Shown one piece after another: positions 18,508 through 27,889 of a stretch of DNA of 64,000 nucleotides (position 1 is its first letter; each line of letters starts with the position of its first letter). The stretch is from Thermoanaerobaculia bacterium (GTDB lineage: Bacteria > Acidobacteriota > Thermoanaerobaculia > Thermoanaerobaculales > Sulfomarinibacteraceae): the NCBI GenBank assembly GCA_027061805.1, contig JAMOWA010000068.1, positions 131,660 to 195,659 on the forward strand, in the 5' to 3' direction. The translations under genes and the position numbers were made by a program. The notes below the pieces were generated by a model. The model was not told the origin of the DNA. It saw only the letters and a program-made list of their open reading frames with translations, and made no database searches.

Positions 18508-18554
18508 AGGCTTCCCCTTCTCGCGCCGGCCGGACGGCGGTACACTTCCCGGCC

Positions 18555-19397
18555 ATGACGCCACCCAGGGGCCCGGCCCCCACACCCCGCAACCTCTTCT
18601 CCTTCTCCAGGCTGAAGGCCTTCGACCAGTGTCCCCTGCGCTACCGCTTCCGCTACCTCAAGGGGCTCAAGGAGGCCTTCCGATCCATCGAGTCCCACGT
18701 GGGCAACGCGGTCCACGACGTGCTGGAGTGGCTCTACGAGGAGCGGGCCGGCGGCAGTGAGCCGGCCCTCGACCGGGCGCTGGACCGCCTGGCCGAGGCC
18801 TGGGACGCGCGGTGGGAGGACGGCCGGGTGGCCGTGATCCGGGTGGCCGACGACGCGGGTGCCTACCTGCGGCACGGGCGGGAGATGGTGGCCTCCTTCC
18901 ACGAGAGGGTCTTTTCGAACGACCGGAGCGTCACGGTGGCGCTGGAGGAGCGCCTCAGCGTCCGGCTCTCGGAGCGGGTGGTGTTCACGGGCTTCGCCGA
19001 CCGGATCGGCCGCACGGAGCAGGGCACGCTCTTCGTGGTGGACTACAAGACCTCCGCCCGGGAGGGCAACGGCGACGACTTCTCCGAGGGACTCCAGGCG
19101 CCCCTCTACGCCGCCGCGGTCCTGGAGCGCCACGGGGAGGAGCCGGTGTGCCTGGCGGGCTACCACTATCTGCGCCACGGCTCCACGAGCTGGCGCCGGG
19201 TGGACCGGGACGAGGCCGGCCGGGTCCAGGCCCGCTTCCTGGCGAAGGCCGAGCGTGCCCTGGACGCCACGGAGTTCCCGGCGCGGCCCGGCATCCTCTG
19301 CGCCTGGTGCGGCTTCAACCACATCTGCGAGCGGGCCCGGGTGCCCGACGAGCTCTCCGGGGGACTCCGCCTCGCCCGGGAGCGCGAGGGCAGCTAG
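18555..19397 (+). CDS. PD-(D/E)XK nuclease, Cas4/AddB-nuclease-domain type with 4-Cys cluster
   Basis: FSFSRLKAFDQCPLRYRFRYL, VVDYKTS (D-x-K) and C-terminal CAWCGFNHIC. The start is uncertain (ATG 18555 or ATG 18492). Confidence 0.75.
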   Translation: MTPPRGPAPTPRNLFSFSRLKAFDQCPLRYRFRYLKGLKEAFRSIESHVGNAVHDVLEWLYEERAGGSEPALDRALDRLAEAWDARWEDGRVAVIRVADDAGAYLRHGREMVASFHERVFSNDRSVTVALEERLSVRLSERVVFTGFADRIGRTEQGTLFVVDYKTSAREGNGDDFSEGLQAPLYAAAVLERHGEEPVCLAGYHYLRHGSTSWRRVDRDEAGRVQARFLAKAERALDATEFPARPGILCAWCGFNHICERARVPDELSGGLRLAREREGS

Positions 19398-19603
19398 GGG
19401 AGCAGGGGGACCGGGGAGGGTGTCGTGGTGGCCACCTCCTTCCTTCGCCTGGAACCGGAGATGTGGCCCGATTCCGCACTCCCCTTTCCTTCGCTCCACC
19501 GCCGAGCTCATCACGGATCACGAGGGGCACGTCCGGCTCGTCCTGCCCGACGGGACCCGGCCGGCACTGATGAACCACGGATTACGCGGAAATATCTGGT
19601 CAA

Positions 19604-19830
19604 GAAGAAGATAGTAAGAATCCGGATATACTAAGGCGAAGGAAAGCATCCCGACACAGACGACTGGCAATCTCAAGATTGCCCGGGCGTTCTTGCACCG
19701 ATGACTGGCCATCGGAGTCCTGGCGGCTTGGTCTGGTGCGTTTCGTTCCCCTCAGTACCTTCAATTTCACGCTTCACCGATGGGCATGACCTTGCAGAGA
19801 GTCTTGCAACTGGCTCGCGTTTCACGAACG
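19604..19830. repeat. low-GC island carrying repeat modules shared with 52.3-52.5 kb
   Basis: 19604-19629 matches 52408-52434 and 19764-19820 matches 52442-52497 (~79% by eye). Hand-counted GC is 38% over 19591-19650. Confidence 0.7.
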
Positions 19831-21327
19831 GGTGGGCACCCCCGCCGGCCACGCCTCCTCCGCCCTCCAGCGCAGCACCAGGTTCCGGGCGGCCTGCACC
19901 TCGTCCACCCGGCCCACGGGGGTCTCCCGCGGCGCGGCCTTCAGGACCTCCGGGTCGGTCTCGGCCTCCCGGGCGATCCGGAGCATGGCCTCGCAGAAGG
20001 CCTCCACCTCCTCGGGGGCGGGGCTCTCCGTGGGCTCGATCATGAGCGCCCCGTGCACGATGAGCGGGAAGGACATGGTGGGCGGATGGAAGCCGAGGTC
20101 CAGGAGCCTCTTGGCGATGTCCACGTTGGACACGCCGTGCTCCTGCTGGAGGCTGTCATCGAAGACCACCTCGTGCATGGTGGGCGCGTCGTACTCCAGG
20201 TGGTAGGCCCCCGCCAGGCGCTGCCGCACCAGGTTGGCGTAGAGCACGGCCACCTCGGACATCTCCCGGAGCCCCTCGTCACCCATGCCGCGGATGAAGG
20301 TGAGCGCGCGGACCAGGATCAGGAAGTTGGCATAGAAGCCCCGCATGGGCCCGATGGAGCGCCCGTCCTCCCACAGCATCCGGAACCCGTCGCCCTCCCG
20401 GACCACGCGCGGGACCGGCAGGTGGGGCACCAGGGCCTCGGAGACGGCCACGGGGCCCGCACCGGGCCCGCCGCCGCCGTGGGGCGTCGAGAAGGTCTTG
20501 TGCAGGTTGATGTGGAGGGCGTCGGCGCCCATGGCGCCCGGCAGGGCCCGCCCCGCGAAGGCGTTGAGGTTGGCGCCGTCCATGTAGATGAAGCCGCCAC
20601 GGGAGTGCACCAGCTCGGCGATCTCCACGATGCGGTGCTCGAAGACGCCCAGGGTGTTGGGCACCGTCAGCATGATGGCGGCCACCCTCTCGTCCATGAG
20701 GCGGTCCAGCTCGGCCAGGTCCACCGTGCCGTCGGGCCCCGAGGCGATCTCCACGGAACGGTAGCCGGCGAAGGTGGCCGAGGCCGGGTTGGTGCCGTGG
20801 GCGGAGTCGGGGACCAGCACCACCTCCCGGGCGTCGCCCCGCGCCTCCAGGGCCGCCCGGATCATGAGCATGCCCGTGAGCTCGCCGTGGGCGCCCGCCG
20901 CGGGCTGCAGCGTCACCGCCGGCATCCCGGTGATCTGTGCCAGGGCCCGCTCCATCTCCCACATGAGGCGCAGCGCCCCCTGGACCTGCCACTCCGGCTG
21001 CAGCGGGTGGAGGTCCACGAAGCCGGGCAGCCGGGACGTGACCTCGCAGATCCGCGGGTTGTACTTCATGGTGCAGGAGCCCAGCGGGTAGAGCCCCTCG
21101 TCCACCGCGAAGTTCATCTGGCTGAGGCGGTGGAAGTGCTGCACCACCTCCAGCTCGCCCAGGGCCGGCATCTCCGGGAGGGCCTCGCGGAGCTGGTCGG
21201 CCGGCAGCGCCTCCTCCGGGGCCACCGGCGCGATGCCGGACTCCGGGAGCAGGTACCCGCCGCGCGGGCCGCGGCCGGGGTTGCGCTCGAAGATCAGGGG
21301 CTCGTCGCGGAGCGCGCGCCGCCTCAT
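19822..21327 (-). CDS. gcvPB: glycine dehydrogenase (aminomethyl-transferring) subunit 2
   Basis: 501 aa. PLP-lysine block HINLHKTFSTPHGGGGPG. The ATG overlaps the gcvPA stop (ATGA). Confidence 0.95.
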   Translation of the reverse strand: MRRRALRDEPLIFERNPGRGPRGGYLLPESGIAPVAPEEALPADQLREALPEMPALGELEVVQHFHRLSQMNFAVDEGLYPLGSCTMKYNPRICEVTSRLPGFVDLHPLQPEWQVQGALRLMWEMERALAQITGMPAVTLQPAAGAHGELTGMLMIRAALEARGDAREVVLVPDSAHGTNPASATFAGYRSVEIASGPDGTVDLAELDRLMDERVAAIMLTVPNTLGVFEHRIVEIAELVHSRGGFIYMDGANLNAFAGRALPGAMGADALHINLHKTFSTPHGGGGPGAGPVAVSEALVPHLPVPRVVREGDGFRMLWEDGRSIGPMRGFYANFLILVRALTFIRGMGDEGLREMSEVAVLYANLVRQRLAGAYHLEYDAPTMHEVVFDDSLQQEHGVSNVDIAKRLLDLGFHPPTMSFPLIVHGALMIEPTESPAPEEVEAFCEAMLRIAREAETDPEVLKAAPRETPVGRVDEVQAARNLVLRWRAEEAWPAGVPTRS

Positions 21328-22679
21328 CGGATCCTCCCCATGGCGTCCAGCAGGGCGTCCACCTGGGCGCCCGTGGTCCTCTCCGTGAAGGCCACCAGGA
21401 GCCCGTCGGGCCAGGAACCGCCCCAGAGCCTGGAGGGCACACCGGCCAGCACGCCGTCCCGGGCCAGCTCCCCGGCCAGCTCCGCACCGGGCCGTGGGCC
21501 CACCACCAGCAGTTCGTTGAATGCGGCCGTCTCCGGCCAGGCCAGCCGCCATCCCGGCAGCTCCGCCACACGGCTTGCGAAGCTCCGGGCCGCGGCCAGG
21601 GAGGCCGCGGCCACCCGCCGCAGGCCCTCTCCACCCAGCAGCTCCAGCCAGACGGTGGCGGCCAGGGCCATGAGCCCGTGGTTGGTGCAGATGTTGGAGG
21701 TGGCCTTCGCCCGGCGGATGTGCTGCTCCCTCGTGGAGAGCGTCAGGCAGAAGGCCCGCCGCCCCTCGCTGTCCACCGTCTGCCCCACGACCCGCCCCGG
21801 CATCTGCCGGACGTGGGCGGAGCGGCAGGCGAAGAAGCCCAGGTGGGGACCGCCGAAGCCGGGGGCCAGGCCGAAGGACTGGGCCTCGCCGCAGACGATG
21901 TCGAAACCGTGGTCACCACCGCCCCGGAGCAGGCCCAGGGAGACGGCCTCGGCCACCACCTGGACGGCCAGTGCTCCCACCCCGTGGGCCGCCTCGGCAA
22001 CGGCGCCGAGGTCCTCCAGGGTCCCCACGAAGCTCGGGGACTGGACGATGACGGCACAGGCCTCGTCGCCGGCGGCGGCGGCCAGGGCCTCGGGGGAGGT
22101 CCGGCCGTCGTCCCCCGGCGCCACCTCCACCACCTCGATGCCCAGGGCCCCCGCGTAGGTGTGGAGCACCCTCCGGTACATGGGGTGCACCGTCTCCGCC
22201 ACCACCACCCGGTTCCGCTTCCCCCGGAGGACCCTGTGGGCCATCAGGGCGGCCTCCACCAGCGACGTGGCCCCGTCGTAGAGGGAGGCGTTGGCCACCT
22301 CCAGGCCGGTGAGCTGGCAGACCATGGTCTGGAACTCGAAGATGGCCTGGAGCGTCCCCTGGGAGATCTCCGGCTGGTAGGGGGTGTAGGAGGTGTAGAA
22401 CTCCGCCCGCTGGAGCACCGCGTCCACCACCGCCGGCTGGACGTGGTGGTAGGTCCCGGCACCCAGGAAGGAGGGCACGGACGACACCGGCGTGTTGGCC
22501 GCGGCCAGGTCCCCGAACTCCCGCAGGAGGGCCGCCTCGTCCCGGGCCCCTCCGAGCCCGAGGGAGTCCACCTTCACGGCGTCCGGGATGGTGGCGAACA
22601 GCTCGTCGGCCGAGGACAGCCCGAGCTCCGCCAGGATGCGGTCCCGGTCCTCGGGGCCCGCGCCGATCCAGGGGTGCAT
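21324..22679 (-). CDS. gcvPA: glycine dehydrogenase (aminomethyl-transferring) subunit 1
   Basis: 451 aa with FLGAGTYHH and TPYQPEISQGTLQ blocks. The start overlaps the gcvH stop by 1 nt (TGATG). Confidence 0.95.
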   Translation of the reverse strand: MHPWIGAGPEDRDRILAELGLSSADELFATIPDAVKVDSLGLGGARDEAALLREFGDLAAANTPVSSVPSFLGAGTYHHVQPAVVDAVLQRAEFYTSYTPYQPEISQGTLQAIFEFQTMVCQLTGLEVANASLYDGATSLVEAALMAHRVLRGKRNRVVVAETVHPMYRRVLHTYAGALGIEVVEVAPGDDGRTSPEALAAAAGDEACAVIVQSPSFVGTLEDLGAVAEAAHGVGALAVQVVAEAVSLGLLRGGGDHGFDIVCGEAQSFGLAPGFGGPHLGFFACRSAHVRQMPGRVVGQTVDSEGRRAFCLTLSTREQHIRRAKATSNICTNHGLMALAATVWLELLGGEGLRRVAAASLAAARSFASRVAELPGWRLAWPETAAFNELLVVGPRPGAELAGELARDGVLAGVPSRLWGGSWPDGLLVAFTERTTGAQVDALLDAMGRIR

Positions 22680-23065
22680 CAGTGGCTCTCCGCCGCGATG
22701 AAGGCCTCGTAGGCCGCGGCGTCCATGAGCGCCGACTCGTCCACGCCGTCCACCCGGATCTTCACGAGCCAGCCGCCGCCGTAGGGGTCCTGGTTGACCA
22801 GGTCGGGCTCGTCGGCGAGGTCCTCGTTGATCCCCACCACCTCGCCCGTCACCGGCGCGTAGAACTCGGAGACCGCCTTGACGGACTCCAGGGTCCCCAG
22901 CTCGCTCCCCTGCTCCACCTGCTGCCCCACCTCGGGAAGCTCCACGTAGACCACCTCGCCGAGCTGCTCCTGGGCATAGTGGGTGATGCCCACCATCGCA
23001 ACGTCGCCCTCGCGCCGAACCCACTCGTGGGACCTGGTGTAGGAGAGATCCTCAGGTACTGCCAT
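22679..23065 (-). CDS. gcvH: glycine cleavage system H protein
   Basis: 128 aa. Lipoyl-lysine block LESVKAVSEFYAP. AAGGAGG precedes ATG 23065. Confidence 0.95.
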   Translation of the reverse strand: MAVPEDLSYTRSHEWVRREGDVAMVGITHYAQEQLGEVVYVELPEVGQQVEQGSELGTLESVKAVSEFYAPVTGEVVGINEDLADEPDLVNQDPYGGGWLVKIRVDGVDESALMDAAAYEAFIAAESH

Positions 23066-23151
23066 CTCGAGCCTCCTTGCTGCCCACGGCCCCGCGAGGG
23101 GGCCCCGGGCGTTGCTGTGCCGTCGTTCCACCGGCCCGCTGGCCGGCGACC

Positions 23152-24282
<1,131 letters not shown>

Positions 24283-24618
24283 GGTCTCAACCTCCCACTC
24301 CGCCCGGAAGACTACCACCCCGCCCCTCCAACGCCAACCACCTCCACCGGCCACCGTTCTCCCCGGGGGCCCCGGGCCGCCATGTGGCGTCTTCGGCCCA
24401 CCGGTTCATGCAGGGGAGAACTGCCATGAACGACCGATCACCACGTGGGTGGAGACGCTACCCGCTCCACGTGACGCTCTCGGTGGTGTTCACGGCCCCG
24501 CTGGAGGGGCGAGGGCAAGACGGTCGGGAAGAGGCCTCTCTCCAGCCGTGTCGGGGTCCAGATCCGGGCCCGTGTTCCTGTCCGCCACGTGGCCGGATCG
24601 GCTGCAGTGCCGGTGACT

Positions 24619-24643
24619 CCGGTCGCGGCGTGCCCGCGACCGG
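24619..24643 (-). terminator. GC-rich hairpin immediately after the stop of gene 24645..25409
   Basis: ccggtcgcgg cgtgc ccgcgaccgg is a perfect 10-bp stem with a 5-nt loop. There is no U-tract, so its function as an intrinsic terminator is uncertain. Confidence 0.4.
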
Positions 24644-24644
24644 T

Positions 24645-25409
24645 TCAGGCCGTCCGGAACAGGCGGTCCAGCATCTCCCGGACCTGACCGAGCCCGTCGG
24701 AGGCCCCGGTCACCTGGGAGAGGAGGTAGGCGTAGGAATCCTCCAGCCTGTCGAGCTGGTTGCCCTGGACCATCTCCAGCAGCGACTCCAGCGCGGACCG
24801 CCCCGGGTCCACCAGCTCCGACCGTCCCAGCTCGCGCTCGAGCACCACCCGCACCAGCGAGAGGACCTCCTGCTGCTGCTGGAGCCGCTCCGCCGGAGGC
24901 TCGTCCTCCCCGTCCGGGGCAACGTTGGGCTCATCACCGTTGCCACCGGAAACCAGGAAAGGCTCCCCGGACGCCTCCCCCGGGGTGAGCCCGTCGGGAA
25001 GCTGGCGGAGCTGGCGGCTGAACCGCCCCAGCATGAGATAGAGCTCCTTGTCCGAGGCGAAGTTGCCCACGAGGCGGGCGCTGCGGTCCAGCTCGAGCTG
25101 CTCGGACTCCTGGAGCATGATGTAGGCCTGCGAGTTCTTCTCCAGCGTGATCTTGCGGGCCCTGACCCTCCAGGCGGTCAGCTCTCCCGCCACGAAGCAG
25201 GATTCCGCCGCCAGCACCGAGACCGCCTCCACCTTCACGCCCGGATCGATGCGGACCGACCCCTGGGCCGACTCGATGAGCGAGTAGGCCCCGGAGTTCT
25301 GGATCACCAGGTTGCCGGGGGTCCGGATGGAGAGCTGGCCCTGCTCGTTGACACCGATCTCGGTCCCGGTGGGGATGATCATGGTGGGGAAGTTCTTCTC
25401 GTCGTTCAT
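24645..25409 (-). CDS. hypothetical protein co-transcribed with the M23 peptidase
   Basis: 254 aa. GAGGTGA lies before the ATG, and the start is 3 nt after the M23 gene stop. An acidic/Gln-rich linker splits two domains. No family recognised. Confidence 0.6.
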   Translation of the reverse strand: MNDEKNFPTMIIPTGTEIGVNEQGQLSIRTPGNLVIQNSGAYSLIESAQGSVRIDPGVKVEAVSVLAAESCFVAGELTAWRVRARKITLEKNSQAYIMLQESEQLELDRSARLVGNFASDKELYLMLGRFSRQLRQLPDGLTPGEASGEPFLVSGGNGDEPNVAPDGEDEPPAERLQQQQEVLSLVRVVLERELGRSELVDPGRSALESLLEMVQGNQLDRLEDSYAYLLSQVTGASDGLGQVREMLDRLFRTA

Positions 25410-25412
25410 GGT

Positions 25413-26450
25413 TCACCTCACACGGACCAGCGATGGCAGGGGATCGAAGGCGGGACCCGGAGCCCTCCGACTCGCCGCCAGCAGGACCTCCGGCGCCTTC
25501 CACTGGTAGTTCAGGATGTAGATTCTCGGGTCCACGGGCTCCGGCTCGGCGCCTGGGCGCTCCCGGACCCTCACCTCGTAGTGCAGGTGGGGTGACGTGG
25601 ACCAGCCCGTGTTGCCCACGGTGCCGATCACCTCGCCCCTGCGAACCCGGCGGCCCCGCCGGACCAGGATGTCCTTCAGGTGGGCGAACACCGTGAGGTA
25701 CCGGTCACCGTGGGCCAGGACCACCACGTTGCCGTAGCGCCACCACCGGATGTTCCTCCGGCGGGGGAACCGCCCGGCGAACACCACCCTGCCGTCACCG
25801 GGGGCCAGGACCTCCGTCCCCTCCCGAGCCGCCAGGTCGATCCCGGCATGGAAGTCCCGGGTGTTGGTGAACGGGGAGATCCGGTCACCGAAGGGCGAGG
25901 TCAGCACGAACGAGCCGATGGGGAGGGGGCAGATGGAGGGCACGATCCGGGTCAGCTCCTCGTGCTCCCTGACAAACCGGGCCAGCTCGTCGGCAAGCGC
26001 CAGCAGGGCCTTGCTCTCGCTGTCCAGGCGAAGGGCACGCCTCAGTGCCACCACGGCCTCGGGCACCGTCACCTTGATCGATGTGGTCTGGCCGTCGGGG
26101 AACCCTCCCAACCCCCCCGAATCCTGGAGTGCCCCGAGGATGAGGCTCATCTGCTGCTGCCGGGCCCGGGCGCTCTCCACCCGTTTCTGCACGGCCTCGA
26201 GCTCCCGCTCCCGCTCGGCCAGCACCTCCCGGAGCAATGCGTTCCTGTGGCGGAGGATGTGCAGCTCCGAGCTCAGGAACAGCGACTGGACACCCAGGGG
26301 AGCGAGCACGAGCCCCGCCAGAAGCACGACGCCCACCACCGCGCCTGCGGCGGCGATCCACCTGGCCGTCCTGCGGGACAGGAAGAAGTACCGCACCTGC
26401 TTGCGGATATCGGCGGGGTGGAACTGAACCTCGTACATGGCGTCCGGCAA
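25413..26450 (-). CDS. M23 family metallopeptidase with N-terminal TM and coiled-coil region
   Basis: FHAGIDLAA (HxxxD) and SPHLHYEV (HxH) motifs, with a preceding membrane anchor AAAGAVVGVVLLAGLVLA. Confidence 0.85.
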   Translation of the reverse strand: MPDAMYEVQFHPADIRKQVRYFFLSRRTARWIAAAGAVVGVVLLAGLVLAPLGVQSLFLSSELHILRHRNALLREVLAERERELEAVQKRVESARARQQQMSLILGALQDSGGLGGFPDGQTTSIKVTVPEAVVALRRALRLDSESKALLALADELARFVREHEELTRIVPSICPLPIGSFVLTSPFGDRISPFTNTRDFHAGIDLAAREGTEVLAPGDGRVVFAGRFPRRRNIRWWRYGNVVVLAHGDRYLTVFAHLKDILVRRGRRVRRGEVIGTVGNTGWSTSPHLHYEVRVRERPGAEPEPVDPRIYILNYQWKAPEVLLAASRRAPGPAFDPLPSLVRVR

Positions 26451-26522
26451 TTCACTCTACCACGGGGCTCCCTGCCGCCCGGTGACCCCTGTCATGTGCC
26501 TGCGACGGGGTCCCCGGCGGGC

Positions 26523-27719
26523 TCAGACCGCCCGGAGCGCCGCCACGGGGTCGAGGCGGGCGGCCCTCCGCGCCGGCCAGACGGAGGCGCCGAGGACCAC
26601 CGCCGAGCACACCATCAGGATCACTCCGAGGTGAGCGGGGTCCGGCGTGAGCGGGATGAACTCCACCATGTAGATCCGTGCCATGCCCGGCGGGAACCGG
26701 ATGACCTTCAACCAGGTCATCAGGAGACTGACTGCAACCCCCAACGTGAGGCCCGCCAGGACCCCGGCCCCCCCCAGCAGGACTCCCACCCACGTCAGGA
26801 TCCGCCTGACGGAACGCTGCCCCATGCCGAGAGCCTGGAGCATCCCGGTGGTCCGACGCTTCTGGGCCGCCACCACCACGAGCGCCGAGCTCACCTGGAA
26901 GGAGGCCACGGCCGCCACGAGGCTCAACACCACGAACAGCGACAGGGTCTGCCACCGGAGGGCCGTGAAGAGCGCCGGGTTCATCTGGAGCCAGTCGCTG
27001 ACGATCAGGCCCGGCCACGCCTCCTCCAGCGGGGGACGGACGGTCTTCACGGCCATGGGGTCGCACAGGCCCACCTCGACCCCCGCCACCCCCAGACCCT
27101 CGACCGCCTCCATGAGCCGGTCCAGGGGAGCCACGATCCAGCGCTCGTCGAAGCTGGAAAAGGCCAGGTGGAAGGTCCCCACCACCCGGAGCGGGAGGTC
27201 GGGGAACAGCCAGTCCCCCTCCTTCGGCGGCAGCAGGATCCTGACCGTGTCACCCGGACCGACCCCGAGGCTCTCGGCAAGGCGATACCCCAGCACCGCC
27301 GGGATCGCATTTCCCGAAGGAGACGGCCACCCCGTGAGCCCGGTGAACTCCGGGGGATCCAGGGTGGCCTTGATCACCACGGGCAGTGGGCTTCCGGGAT
27401 TCTCCGGATCCTCTGCAAGTCCCGTGACGTAGGTGACCGGGGTGGCCCTCGCGACGCCCGGGATCTCCATGGCCCTGCCGGCGAGCAGCTCCGCCCGGTC
27501 CATGGTCATGGGGGTGAGGGCGAACCCGACCAGATGGGCGTTGCCCCGCTGGAGGGCCGTGGCGATGGACTCCCGGTAGCCGGTCATCAGGGCCAGCGTG
27601 ATCACGAGGGCGGCCGTGGCCAGCGCCACGCCCGCCAGCGCCGCGAGGGCGGTCCCCCGCAGCAGGAGACCCTGCCGGCGCCGCAGCAGCCTCAGGGCGA
27701 GCTCCAGTTCCAGGCTCAC
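26523..27719 (-). CDS. LolC/E-type (FtsX/MacB-fold) ABC transporter permease
   Basis: 398 aa laid out as TM1, a large periplasmic domain, then three C-terminal TMs. It ends ...ARRAARLDPVAALRAV. No ATPase gene is adjacent. Confidence 0.8.
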   Translation of the reverse strand: MSLELELALRLLRRRQGLLLRGTALAALAGVALATAALVITLALMTGYRESIATALQRGNAHLVGFALTPMTMDRAELLAGRAMEIPGVARATPVTYVTGLAEDPENPGSPLPVVIKATLDPPEFTGLTGWPSPSGNAIPAVLGYRLAESLGVGPGDTVRILLPPKEGDWLFPDLPLRVVGTFHLAFSSFDERWIVAPLDRLMEAVEGLGVAGVEVGLCDPMAVKTVRPPLEEAWPGLIVSDWLQMNPALFTALRWQTLSLFVVLSLVAAVASFQVSSALVVVAAQKRRTTGMLQALGMGQRSVRRILTWVGVLLGGAGVLAGLTLGVAVSLLMTWLKVIRFPPGMARIYMVEFIPLTPDPAHLGVILMVCSAVVLGASVWPARRAARLDPVAALRAV

Positions 27720-27813
27720 CCCGGCAGTCTACATGGAAGGCCATCCCTGCGAAACCGGGAAAGCGCCCCTCACGAAAGGAAGATCCCGACGCCCCTGCAC
27801 GCCACCGGCTCGA

Positions 27814-27842
27814 TTGACGGATCGCCATGGCGGCGATAGCAT
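27814..27842 (+). promoter_or_regulatory. candidate sigma70-type promoter for the FadL-family gene
   Basis: TTGACG, a 17-nt spacer, then TAGCAT, about 48 nt before the start. The spacer contains the inverted repeat atcgcc/ggcgat. Confidence 0.35.
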
Positions 27843-27889
27843 GGTGAGCCAGAAGTTTCGATACCGGACGAGAGGGAAGGAGGTTCGAT

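Noticed and set aside
17613-19397. DUF62 SAM hydrolase plus PD-(D/E)XK nuclease considered as a phage-defence or anti-restriction pair.
   Set aside because: DUF62 proteins are widespread housekeeping enzymes. The genes are separated by a ~150-nt spacer. No other defence hallmarks (ATPase, methylase, TIR/SIR2, RT) are nearby. It is kept only as a low-interest neighbourhood observation.
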